Below are positions 49,929 to 57,697 of a stretch of 64,000 bases of DNA, piece by piece. This DNA is from a virus (taxonomy: Duplodnaviria > Caudoviricetes). The DNA is taken from IMG/VR virus record IMGVR_UViG_3300031998_000010. One strand, written 5' to 3'. Position 1 is the first letter of the stretch. Each line of letters begins with the position of its first letter. A program made the position numbers and the translations under genes. The notes under the pieces are model-generated. The model was not told where the DNA came from and did not search any database. It saw only the letters and a program-made list of their open reading frames with translations.

Positions 49929-51163
49929 TAGCCGTAAAGATACTTTTTCTGCTTTTCTGTCAATTCGTCTATTGTCTTATTGAGTGCCTTCAATTTGAGT
50001 CTTGCTACTCTATCGTCAATTTCATCAGGAACATTCATCAATGTTGTAAGAATATTGCCTTCATGCTTAACAAGGAATTCTGCAGAAAGCGCCTGAATTG
50101 CAAAACTCATATCCATTATTTCTGCTGGATGCCCATCTCCACAAGCAAGATTTACTAATCTGCCCTCTCCAAGGACATATACTGTCTTACCAGAAGGAAG
50201 ATTATATCCTACAATATTATTTCTTGCTTCAAATTTGCTTGTAGCAATTTCTTCAATCTGAGACATCTCCACTTCACAATCAAAGTGACCTGCATTGCAA
50301 AGGATAACACCTTCCTTCATATTGAGGAAGTGTTCTTTTGTAATAACATCGCAACAACCTGTAACTGTGATAAAGAAATCACCTAACTTACAAGCTTCCG
50401 ACATTGGCATTACATCAAATCCATCCATGATAGCTTCACAAGCTTTTACAGGGTCAACTTCTGTTACTATTACCTGAGCTCCAAGCCCCTTTGCTCTCAT
50501 TGCTACACCCTTGCCACACCATCCGTAGCCAGCTACTACAGCTGTCTTTCCGGCTACAATGAGGTTTGTTGTTCTATTGATGCCATCCCAAACTGACTGG
50601 CCTGTACCATAACGATTATCGAAGAAATGCTTCATCTTTGCATTATTGACCTTAATCATAGGGAACCTGAGTTCGTCTGCTTTATACATCTGCTCAAGAC
50701 GTAAGATACCTGTTGTAGTTTCTTCACACCCTCCGATGACATTAGGAAGTAAATGAGGGTACTTTGTATGAATTAAAGTTACAAGGTCTCCGCCGTCATC
50801 AATAATGATATTAGGGCCAATTTTGATAACCTGCTCAATATCAGTTTCATACTGTTCGGGAGATGCTCCATGATGAGCAAACACTTCCATTCCTGATTTA
50901 ACAAGAGCTGCTGCAATATCATCTTGAGTAGATAATGGATTAGAACCTGTTACATACATTTCAGCTCCGCCTGCTTTGAGTACTTTACATAAGTAAGCAG
51001 TTTTTGCTTCAAGGTGAACTGAAAGGGCTACTTTCAAATTTGCAAAGGGCTTTGTCTCCTCAAATTCGTTTTCAAGTTGTCTGAGTAAATCACAATGATT
51101 CTTAACCCATTCAATCTTCTGTTCTCCACTCTTGTACAAGTTAATGTCTGTAATTTCTGACAT
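49928..51163 (-). CDS. ahcY: adenosylhomocysteinase (SAH hydrolase)
   Basis: HLEAKTA, SNPLSTQD, DDGGD, EETTTG, FDNRYGTGQS, GYGWCGKG, NAGHF, GRLVNL..GHPAEIMDMSF. Confidence 0.95.
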   Translation of the reverse strand: MSEITDINLYKSGEQKIEWVKNHCDLLRQLENEFEETKPFANLKVALSVHLEAKTAYLCKVLKAGGAEMYVTGSNPLSTQDDIAAALVKSGMEVFAHHGASPEQYETDIEQVIKIGPNIIIDDGGDLVTLIHTKYPHLLPNVIGGCEETTTGILRLEQMYKADELRFPMIKVNNAKMKHFFDNRYGTGQSVWDGINRTTNLIVAGKTAVVAGYGWCGKGVAMRAKGLGAQVIVTEVDPVKACEAIMDGFDVMPMSEACKLGDFFITVTGCCDVITKEHFLNMKEGVILCNAGHFDCEVEMSQIEEIATSKFEARNNIVGYNLPSGKTVYVLGEGRLVNLACGDGHPAEIMDMSFAIQALSAEFLVKHEGNILTTLMNVPDEIDDRVARLKLKALNKTIDELTEKQKKYLYG

Positions 51164-51247
51164 CTTTAACCTCCGTTGATATTTATATTTGTATCTTTTT
51201 ATCGCTTTAAGTATCTCTTATTTGACCTAATTTTTCTTACTTATCTT

Positions 51248-51276
51248 ATTATAATATAAATCGCTTAAAGATGCAA
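51248..51276 (-). promoter_or_regulatory. host sigmaA-type promoter for ahcY
   Basis: TTGCAT-17 bp-TATAAT. Confidence 0.55.
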
Positions 51277-51282
51277 AATAGT

Positions 51283-51936
51283 TTACCATATGAATTTGTG
51301 ATTGAACATCTCACCATTATCAATTATTATATCTTGAGCAGTGCAGCTCTTATTTACTGTAGCAAGGAAATATATCCAATCTGCAGCTTCTGTAGATGTT
51401 GCCCACTTCTGTAAAGGTGTCATAGACATAATTTTATTCCACTTTTTCATGTCATTCATGACATCCCAATTTACAGGAGAAATAACTCCTCCAAAGCTAA
51501 TACTATTGCAAGTAGCTCCATATTTTGCTATCTCTTTTGCTGTATATCTTGTATAAGCGATAACTCCGCCTTTACTTGCTACATATTCACCAAAATCAGC
51601 ACCTGTGGTTCCTGATGCTGCTGCTTGATTAATAACTGCTCTAATTGCAGAATTCTTAAGTGCATATTTCTCAGTACACCTTATAAGACCTCGAAGATTG
51701 ACTTCCATATCATTTTCGGTGCCTTGAACTCCAGCGTTATTAATTAATACATGAATGTCATCAACCTGGTCAGGGAGTTTGTCTTTTGATATGTCACATA
51801 CATAATGATAATACTTGGGGTCATCTATAGAAGATTCTGCAATATCAATACCCCAAACTTTATGACCTTCAGATAGAAACTTAATTGCAGCCTCTCTGCC
51901 CATTCCTCTTGAGCTACCTGTTATCATCACATTCAT
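51283..51936 (-). CDS. short-chain dehydrogenase/reductase
   Basis: TGSSRGMG, LINNAG, YVASK catalytic motif. Confidence 0.88.
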   Translation of the reverse strand: MNVMITGSSRGMGREAAIKFLSEGHKVWGIDIAESSIDDPKYYHYVCDISKDKLPDQVDDIHVLINNAGVQGTENDMEVNLRGLIRCTEKYALKNSAIRAVINQAAASGTTGADFGEYVASKGGVIAYTRYTAKEIAKYGATCNSISFGGVISPVNWDVMNDMKKWNKIMSMTPLQKWATSTEAADWIYFLATVNKSCTAQDIIIDNGEMFNHKFIW

Positions 51937-52111
51937 TGTCGTCACCTTCCTTAATCAGCTCGTGAAAGAGTTCGTCTGCATAATCTCCTACAATCATAGT
52001 TATGATTTCTTTGTTCCCATTCGGCAAAGTTTTATATGGGTCAGCTACAATGAGCTGGCTCAAACTATCTTCGTCTCCTTTGACGTATTTCAATATGTAA
52101 AGCTTTTCCAT
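51914..52111 (-). CDS. small hypothetical protein
   Basis: 65 aa, in operon. Confidence 0.6.
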   Translation of the reverse strand: MEKLYILKYVKGDEDSLSQLIVADPYKTLPNGNKEIITMIVGDYADELFHELIKEGDDNECDDNR

Positions 52112-52112
52112 G

Positions 52113-52445
52113 TTAGTTTAATATGATTTTAGACTTTTTCATCAATGCCTGATGTACTAATCCTTCAAGTCTTCTTAACGATTCTGCGTCGTAATCTTGA
52201 AGTGCTACAGAAACTTTATCATCTGTCTCAGGTAAGCAGAGACATCTACAACCGTTGTCCTGACAGAAAGAAATAACTTCTTGTAAGATTTCAGAAGTCA
52301 TATCTGGGTCTTTTGTTGAATCATATGTAACAAATATGAATTCATCTTCTTTACAAGTAATAATTTTCTTTAAAGAATCTTGATTTATTTCTTGAATCTC
52401 CATTTCATACCTCTCTGTATAATCTAACTTTATCTTTTGTGGCAT
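52113..52445 (-). CDS. hypothetical protein
   Basis: About 100 aa; start may be MEIQE. Confidence 0.65.
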   Translation of the reverse strand: MPQKIKLDYTERYEMEIQEINQDSLKKIITCKEDEFIFVTYDSTKDPDMTSEILQEVISFCQDNGCRCLCLPETDDKVSVALQDYDAESLRRLEGLVHQALMKKSKIILN

Positions 52446-52725
52446 TAACTTCTAAGAAAACTTTGCAGTCTTCTACACTTTGCCTAGAAATTGTTGAAAA
52501 GTCTTCTAATACCATAGGTTTAATTAATTTTCCAAACATATTAAAAGGATATCTTTGATTCTTCCATCTAAAGTATGTTAATGTCAATTTTTTACCTGTT
52601 CCCGCATTGTCTGCATATTTAGCAAAACGATTATTATCTGCAATGATTGTATAATCAAGATTATTCCATCTGCTGATTCTTTCAAATCTTCGTCCACCGT
52701 TTCGTTCTTTGACTAATGAACTCAT
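52405..52725 (-). CDS. hypothetical basic protein
   Basis: 106 aa, AGGAGG RBS. Confidence 0.7.
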   Translation of the reverse strand: MSSLVKERNGGRRFERISRWNNLDYTIIADNNRFAKYADNAGTGKKLTLTYFRWKNQRYPFNMFGKLIKPMVLEDFSTISRQSVEDCKVFLEVNATKDKVRLYREV

Positions 52726-52789
52726 TGTATCCTCCTAATTATAAATTATATTTTATTTATACTAAATTGATATTGAAATAATTTCAATA

Positions 52790-54394
52790 TTAGTCATACC
52801 AACCGGCTACTTTATAGACGAATAATCGATTTTTAGCTCGTGTGCATGCCACATAATACAAATTACTCATTTCTTCATCTTTGTCTATCTGAAAACAATA
52901 AGAATTTACGTTCATGACAAATACATTATCGTATTCAAGACCCTTAACAGAATGAATAGTTCCTACATATAACTCATTTGACTTTATTTCTTCTGCGTGG
53001 TCTTTGACATATTTTAGAAATTCAATTCCAAATAAATCAGAATCAGGAACTCCCATTCCTTTTAATTTGAGTAATTCTTCTACTGCTTTGATTTTCTGCG
53101 CTACTGCTCCAGGAGTTGTAGCAATCTCTCTAAGTTTATTGACCTTTGTTGCGTCTTTTGATATTTTTGAATTATTTCCGTATAAAGATAAGAACCAATT
53201 AATATCAGGGGCTGTCTTATTAGCCGACAATCTTATGTATTCACCATACTTGTCAGATGTCAGATATGAAGCTAACCAACCAATCATATATTCATCTGAG
53301 ACAGAACATTCAAGTAAATGCATAAGTTTTGTATCTCTACTAGATGTATAAGCTATTCCTTTTTCTTTTAGATAAGCGGTAACTTCGGCTAATTCTTTAT
53401 TTGTTCTAACAAGAATAGCTGAGGTCCCAGATAACATATCAAGTTCATTTAGTACATCATCAATACTAGATAATTTGATTGATTCCTGTCTATTTGGAGC
53501 TTCTATGAGTTTAGTGATAACTTTATCTCCATCTCTAGTTGCTTTCATCTCAACACGATAAGAATCTTTAGCATAACTTTTGCTGAATCTATTTGCAAAA
53601 TCAACTATTTCAGAAGTAGAACGATAGTTGGTGTAAAGTTTGATAACTTCCCATCCAGGTGTTTCTGAAAGTGCTTTTATAAATTCATTACTTGTGCCTC
53701 TCCAAGAATAGAGATTCTGTAAACAATCACCACAAAAATAAAAATATGTATTAGGGAAAGAATTTAAGAATTTAATCTGATATGCGTCTGTATCCTGAAA
53801 TTCATCTACAAATATATATTTGTATTTCATCTTATATGGATGTGTTGATGTATGGTCTGCAGCAAACAAATCAGCTACTTCGCTATTTAGTTTATCAAAT
53901 GTAATCAGATTTTCTTGCTTCATCAATCTAAGAACAGCTTTATCATATAACTCAGCTTGGAATTGTTCCTTCTTTGATAATCCTACACGATGTGTTAATT
54001 GGTCAGAAGAAAGTGATATCTTACACTGTGTTTTAGCTCTTTCTTTAATATCTTTTTCTTCGGCTTCTGATGCAATATTAGGCACTGTTGTATATCCTAA
54101 AGCTGACCTAATAGCAAAATCTTTACATACAATTGAATAACAGAAAGAATGGAAAGTCCTAAATTCGGGAGTTAACTGTCCAATATGTTTAGTTTCGTAT
54201 CTTTCTCTCATCTCTGTAGCAGCAGCATTTGTAAATGTTAACGCAAGAATAGACGAAGGCATAACACCATCGTCTACTATCTTTGAAATTCTCTCAATAA
54301 ATGTTGCAGTCTTTCCGCTACCTGCCCCTGCAAGACAAAGAATTCTATCTGATTTGGAATCTACTGCAAGCTGTTGTTCTGTGTTTAAATTCAT
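52790..54394 (-). CDS. UvrD/Rep/PcrA-family SF1 helicase
   Basis: AGAGSGKT, TFTNAAA, TFHSF, VDEFQD, NYRS, TIHSVKGLEYD, YYVACTRAK. Confidence 0.93.
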   Translation of the reverse strand: MNLNTEQQLAVDSKSDRILCLAGAGSGKTATFIERISKIVDDGVMPSSILALTFTNAAATEMRERYETKHIGQLTPEFRTFHSFCYSIVCKDFAIRSALGYTTVPNIASEAEEKDIKERAKTQCKISLSSDQLTHRVGLSKKEQFQAELYDKAVLRLMKQENLITFDKLNSEVADLFAADHTSTHPYKMKYKYIFVDEFQDTDAYQIKFLNSFPNTYFYFCGDCLQNLYSWRGTSNEFIKALSETPGWEVIKLYTNYRSTSEIVDFANRFSKSYAKDSYRVEMKATRDGDKVITKLIEAPNRQESIKLSSIDDVLNELDMLSGTSAILVRTNKELAEVTAYLKEKGIAYTSSRDTKLMHLLECSVSDEYMIGWLASYLTSDKYGEYIRLSANKTAPDINWFLSLYGNNSKISKDATKVNKLREIATTPGAVAQKIKAVEELLKLKGMGVPDSDLFGIEFLKYVKDHAEEIKSNELYVGTIHSVKGLEYDNVFVMNVNSYCFQIDKDEEMSNLYYVACTRAKNRLFVYKVAGWYD

Positions 54395-54409
54395 CTCTTC
54401 TCCTGATTA

Positions 54410-54530
54410 TATAACAGATATTAAAATGCTCATTGAGGAGATATTTCTTTTAGTGCGGTTGGTTAATAATAAATGCGGTGATAAGCATATGATACGGAGA
54501 ACCTCAATGAGCACATCAATATCTGTTATA
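54410..54530. other. long interrupted inverted repeat with 63-nt loop upstream of the UvrD gene
   Basis: 13-bp outer (54410-54422/54518-54530) and 12-bp inner (54427-54438/54502-54513) perfect stems. Confidence 0.7.
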
Positions 54531-54879
54531 CGATGTCCTTTAAAATAAGGTACTTATCGAACATATACTGAGTGTATGCAAACAGCTTCCGATAAGAACT
54601 ATTATTCATCTTATATACTCTATGTGTATTCCTAGTGAATCGTGTCATAACTATCTTATGTTTATATGCCCAAGCACTTATGCAAACCAAAATAGGATAA
54701 GTATACCTCCTAATTAATGTAATATGACTTATAGTCAATGCAATAACTAAGCATATAAACCATACTGCAAAGAAAGGCCTTGCTATATCCCACCATTCTT
54801 TGACTTCTTTGATTCCAGATGCTATCAAAACTGATGCAAATGAAATTGTATAAAGTAAGTATAAGATAATCTTTTTCAT
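54526..54879 (-). CDS. small membrane protein
   Basis: Two or three hydrophobic helices; GAGGTG RBS. Confidence 0.7.
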   Translation of the reverse strand: MKKIILYLLYTISFASVLIASGIKEVKEWWDIARPFFAVWFICLVIALTISHITLIRRYTYPILVCISAWAYKHKIVMTRFTRNTHRVYKMNNSSYRKLFAYTQYMFDKYLILKDIV

Positions 54880-55043
54880 TCTTTCACCTCTGTAACTGCC
54901 CAACATTTAATATGTTTCACAACTAAATTCTTTATCTGTTCATCATTCATACTAGACACTTGTTGCATTTCTTCATAACTCCCTGCACAAGTCTCTAAAA
55001 TAGTTCTTGCTTTTTCAATGTCGATGTCAACAAGTACTTTCAT
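54876..55043 (-). CDS. small hypothetical protein
   Basis: MKVLVDID.., follows a class A motif. Confidence 0.65.
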   Translation of the reverse strand: MKVLVDIDIEKARTILETCAGSYEEMQQVSSMNDEQIKNLVVKHIKCWAVTEVKE

Positions 55044-55065
55044 ATTTATTTCCTTCACTGAATAT

Positions 55066-55072
55066 AACGATT
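55066..55072 (-). promoter_or_regulatory. class A motif AATCGTT(A)
   Basis: Upstream of ATG 55043. Confidence 0.7.
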
Positions 55073-55076
55073 CTAG

Positions 55077-55793
55077 TTATCCTTCACTTGCTGCCATCTG
55101 GTCAGAAAATTGAATAAGCATAACAAGCGGAATAGAAGAACATTTGTTCAAGTCATTGATGTCATAAGAAGTAACATCGTATGTATACATATGCCACCTT
55201 ATTGCTGCCATTTCTTCAAATGAAAGATGTGTTTCCTTTGTATTACAAAGCTGAGTAATCATTACAAGTGACTGAGGCCCATGCCCAAGACCGATAGAAT
55301 TTTCTTTACATCTATAAGCAGACTGTTCTTCCCAAGCGTGTGTTAGAGGATTCTTAACATTTTTGAAATAGGTTTCATACCTGTCAATTTTACACCAATC
55401 GTGACATAAAGACATAAGTGTAGCCGAACCTTTGTTGACTTCATTGAAGTGCTTTATTTTAGTTAACTCCATTGCATGATTATACACTCTCAGTGAATGA
55501 ACTAGTAATCCACAAGGACAAGCTCCATGATATTTTGTAGAAGCAGGACAACAATAGAAATCTGTTGTTCTCAACCATTCAATGATTATTTTAATTACAG
55601 GGATTACTTTACTAAAATCTCCAGAATTTGATTCAAGCGAATGACTGAGCGAACGAATTGCTAAAGAACCTGCAATTAAACTCTCATAGAGTGTTGTCAA
55701 ATCTTCTTGAGATTTCCTGTTTAAATCATATTCTTGACCTACCATGTCAATGTAATCGGATAAATAAATTTCAAGTAATGATGTATCAATCAT
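55077..55793 (-). CDS. HD-domain phosphohydrolase
   Basis: PASTKYH..GLLVHS, CHDWCK, GHG, AIRWHM, SD. Confidence 0.85.
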   Translation of the reverse strand: MIDTSLLEIYLSDYIDMVGQEYDLNRKSQEDLTTLYESLIAGSLAIRSLSHSLESNSGDFSKVIPVIKIIIEWLRTTDFYCCPASTKYHGACPCGLLVHSLRVYNHAMELTKIKHFNEVNKGSATLMSLCHDWCKIDRYETYFKNVKNPLTHAWEEQSAYRCKENSIGLGHGPQSLVMITQLCNTKETHLSFEEMAAIRWHMYTYDVTSYDINDLNKCSSIPLVMLIQFSDQMAASEG

Positions 55794-55794
55794 A

Positions 55795-55855
55795 AAAATC
55801 CTCCCAAATCGTTTGTTTGAAGGTGTGGTGTTATGTATGTTAACGATTCGGGAGG
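55795..55855 (-). terminator. terminator and SD-occluding hairpin containing a class A motif (55842-55848)
   Basis: CCUCCCGAAUCGUU pairs with AACGAUUUGGGAGG (14 bp, one G-U), then AUUUUU and AUG. Confidence 0.7.
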
Positions 55856-55885
55856 CACTATAAGTAGAAATGTATGGATTATATG

Positions 55886-56725
55886 TTATATAAACAAGTC
55901 ATCAGCTAAATCCTCTAATAATTCGTGATTTACAGGATAAGAAGGCTTAGATGAGCTATATTCTCCATATACATCAAACAAATCTTCTAACCATTGGGTA
56001 TATGGGTCTGTTAACATATCGAATTCATATGTTTTATATTTTGTGAGGTATATCCTGAGTTGCGGATGTTCTTCCACATCTTTGATTTCCGATTCAACTT
56101 CAATGTCGATATTCCACATATCTTTAACTTCTTTTGAAACTTGTGCATCGAGTAAATGAGTTAAATTATCCGGAACAGGTTTATTGTACCCTCTTAATTT
56201 TTGTATCGCCCATCTACATGCTTTTTCAAAATTATTATCTAAGAATCTTGCGGCTTCGTCTTGCAACTTCCATCTATCTTCTTTTTCTTGGTCGTAAGGA
56301 GTGACTACAAGGACTGGATATTCTTTCTTAGTCCACCCATATAAATCGCCTAAGACCATCATTCTGTGCAATCCTTCTTGTGAATGGTCGGCATAATTAA
56401 GAACAGGGAGCCAGAACTTCTTGCCGCTTTCTAGCATCTCTCTCAGCTCTTCAAGTTGCTTGGCATCAACTCTGCGTTGTCTCTTTAGCTCATTTTCAGA
56501 CACATAATGATTGAAACCGCTGTGACTACATTCCCAAAAATACATATCAGGAGTCATCATCACGATTTTACCGTCACGATTCTTTGCTTTTCGCTTATAA
56601 TCTAATTCCTTGGTATTAAGAAATTCGTTATAATATGACATACCTGTATCAGGAATAATAGGTGTGCCTTCAAATAAACTTGTATCAATGTCTACTTCAA
56701 CCGAAGATTTAATATATCGTTTCAT
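55886..56725 (-). CDS. ParB/Srx-like domain protein with MKRYIKSS leader
   Basis: IVMMTP..LP.LNY..QEGLHRM..PVLVV. Confidence 0.5.
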   Translation of the reverse strand: MKRYIKSSVEVDIDTSLFEGTPIIPDTGMSYYNEFLNTKELDYKRKAKNRDGKIVMMTPDMYFWECSHSGFNHYVSENELKRQRRVDAKQLEELREMLESGKKFWLPVLNYADHSQEGLHRMMVLGDLYGWTKKEYPVLVVTPYDQEKEDRWKLQDEAARFLDNNFEKACRWAIQKLRGYNKPVPDNLTHLLDAQVSKEVKDMWNIDIEVESEIKDVEEHPQLRIYLTKYKTYEFDMLTDPYTQWLEDLFDVYGEYSSSKPSYPVNHELLEDLADDLFI

Positions 56726-56735
56726 AGTTATAGAA

Positions 56736-56741
56736 AAGGTT
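56736..56741 (-). promoter_or_regulatory. class B motif AACCTT, probably giving a leaderless mRNA
   Basis: TAACCTTTTCTATAACT-ATG, no SD. Confidence 0.55.
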
Positions 56742-57513
56742 ATTGCTTAAGTAAAACAAAAGAATGCAGTTTATTCTTAGGATTTATTGCGTTAAGGTAT
56801 CGATTTATCTCTTTTAATGTAGCTCCGCTGGTTGCTAAATCATCATAAACTAATACATCTACTCCTTGTAAAGCTTCATACGCGATTTTTTCATCTTCAT
56901 CAGCGAATTTAAGATAGTTGAGAAAGCCTGAACGAATTTCTCGAGGTAAAAACATTTTGATTTCAAATAGCTTATCTGTTTGTTTCAAAGCATCAAATCT
57001 ATAAACTACTTCAGAAATAATTCGCTCTATCTCTCGTTCAGGCATGTTCCTTCTGCGAAGTGCTGTTTTAGCTTTTTCTGCATCAAATGTTACATTCTTA
57101 TATGCTTCTTTGATAAGTTCAAAATCTGACATAGTTGCATCACTATATTCCATAATCCAACTTCCCATCAATTCTATTATATCATGCCCAGTTCGAGATT
57201 GTGGATGTACTGCATAACCTAAGTTATCCAGATTAAAGATATAATCAAGATGAAGTATTCCATATTCAACAAACTGTTGAACATCTTCAGAAATTAATGC
57301 ATTTGCTTTAATAAAATCTCGAAATACTTTCATATCAGCTTTACTCGCATTTTTCTTAAATTCATACCCGTATATAACAGGAATATCACTAATCAATACT
57401 TCTCCATAATTCGGGTTTGCTAATCGCAATATATCGACAGCTTCATTGTCAACATTCCAGTTAAACACAGGTTTAGAATGTTCTATTGTTACACCTGCAT
57501 ATATGTTTTCCAT
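56740..57513 (-). CDS. type I phosphoribosyltransferase-domain protein
   Basis: PRPP-binding motif VLVYDDLATSGATL; GAGGAG RBS before MENIYAG. Confidence 0.75.
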   Translation of the reverse strand: MENIYAGVTIEHSKPVFNWNVDNEAVDILRLANPNYGEVLISDIPVIYGYEFKKNASKADMKVFRDFIKANALISEDVQQFVEYGILHLDYIFNLDNLGYAVHPQSRTGHDIIELMGSWIMEYSDATMSDFELIKEAYKNVTFDAEKAKTALRRRNMPEREIERIISEVVYRFDALKQTDKLFEIKMFLPREIRSGFLNYLKFADEDEKIAYEALQGVDVLVYDDLATSGATLKEINRYLNAINPKNKLHSFVLLKQ

Positions 57514-57527
57514 ATTTTTCTCCTCAA

Positions 57528-57649
57528 ATAAAAAGCACCGCCTCGGTATCATAGTGTCAACGCAGATTACTCGATTTAGCGGTGCTTATATCAAATGAAT
57601 GATATCACAAATATTAAATTATTGATACCGAAACGTATCTGCATTGACA
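57528..57649 (-). ncRNA. candidate structured sRNA or attenuator (about 120 nt)
   Basis: Starts at the predicted TSS of a consensus promoter, has three interlocked helices, ends in an AAGCACCGC/GCGGTGCTTTTT terminator. Confidence 0.55.
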
Positions 57650-57654
57650 ACTTG

Positions 57655-57683
57655 ATTATAATATGTAATAACCTTGATGTCAA
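57655..57683 (-). promoter_or_regulatory. perfect consensus sigma70/sigmaA promoter
   Basis: TTGACA-17 bp-TATAAT. Confidence 0.85.
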
Positions 57684-57690
57684 TATGAAT

Positions 57691-57697
57691 AACGATT
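57691..57697 (-). promoter_or_regulatory. class A motif AATCGTT(A)
   Basis: In tandem with the sigmaA promoter upstream of the structured RNA. Confidence 0.65.

Noticed and set aside
50610-50617. AATCGTTA copy inside ahcY
   Set aside because: Explained by the conserved DNRY codons, with no downstream start; the copy at 52176 is ambiguous and was also not counted
51164-51247. SAH or SAM riboswitch upstream of ahcY
   Set aside because: The leader is A-rich and unstructured, with no aptamer consensus visible
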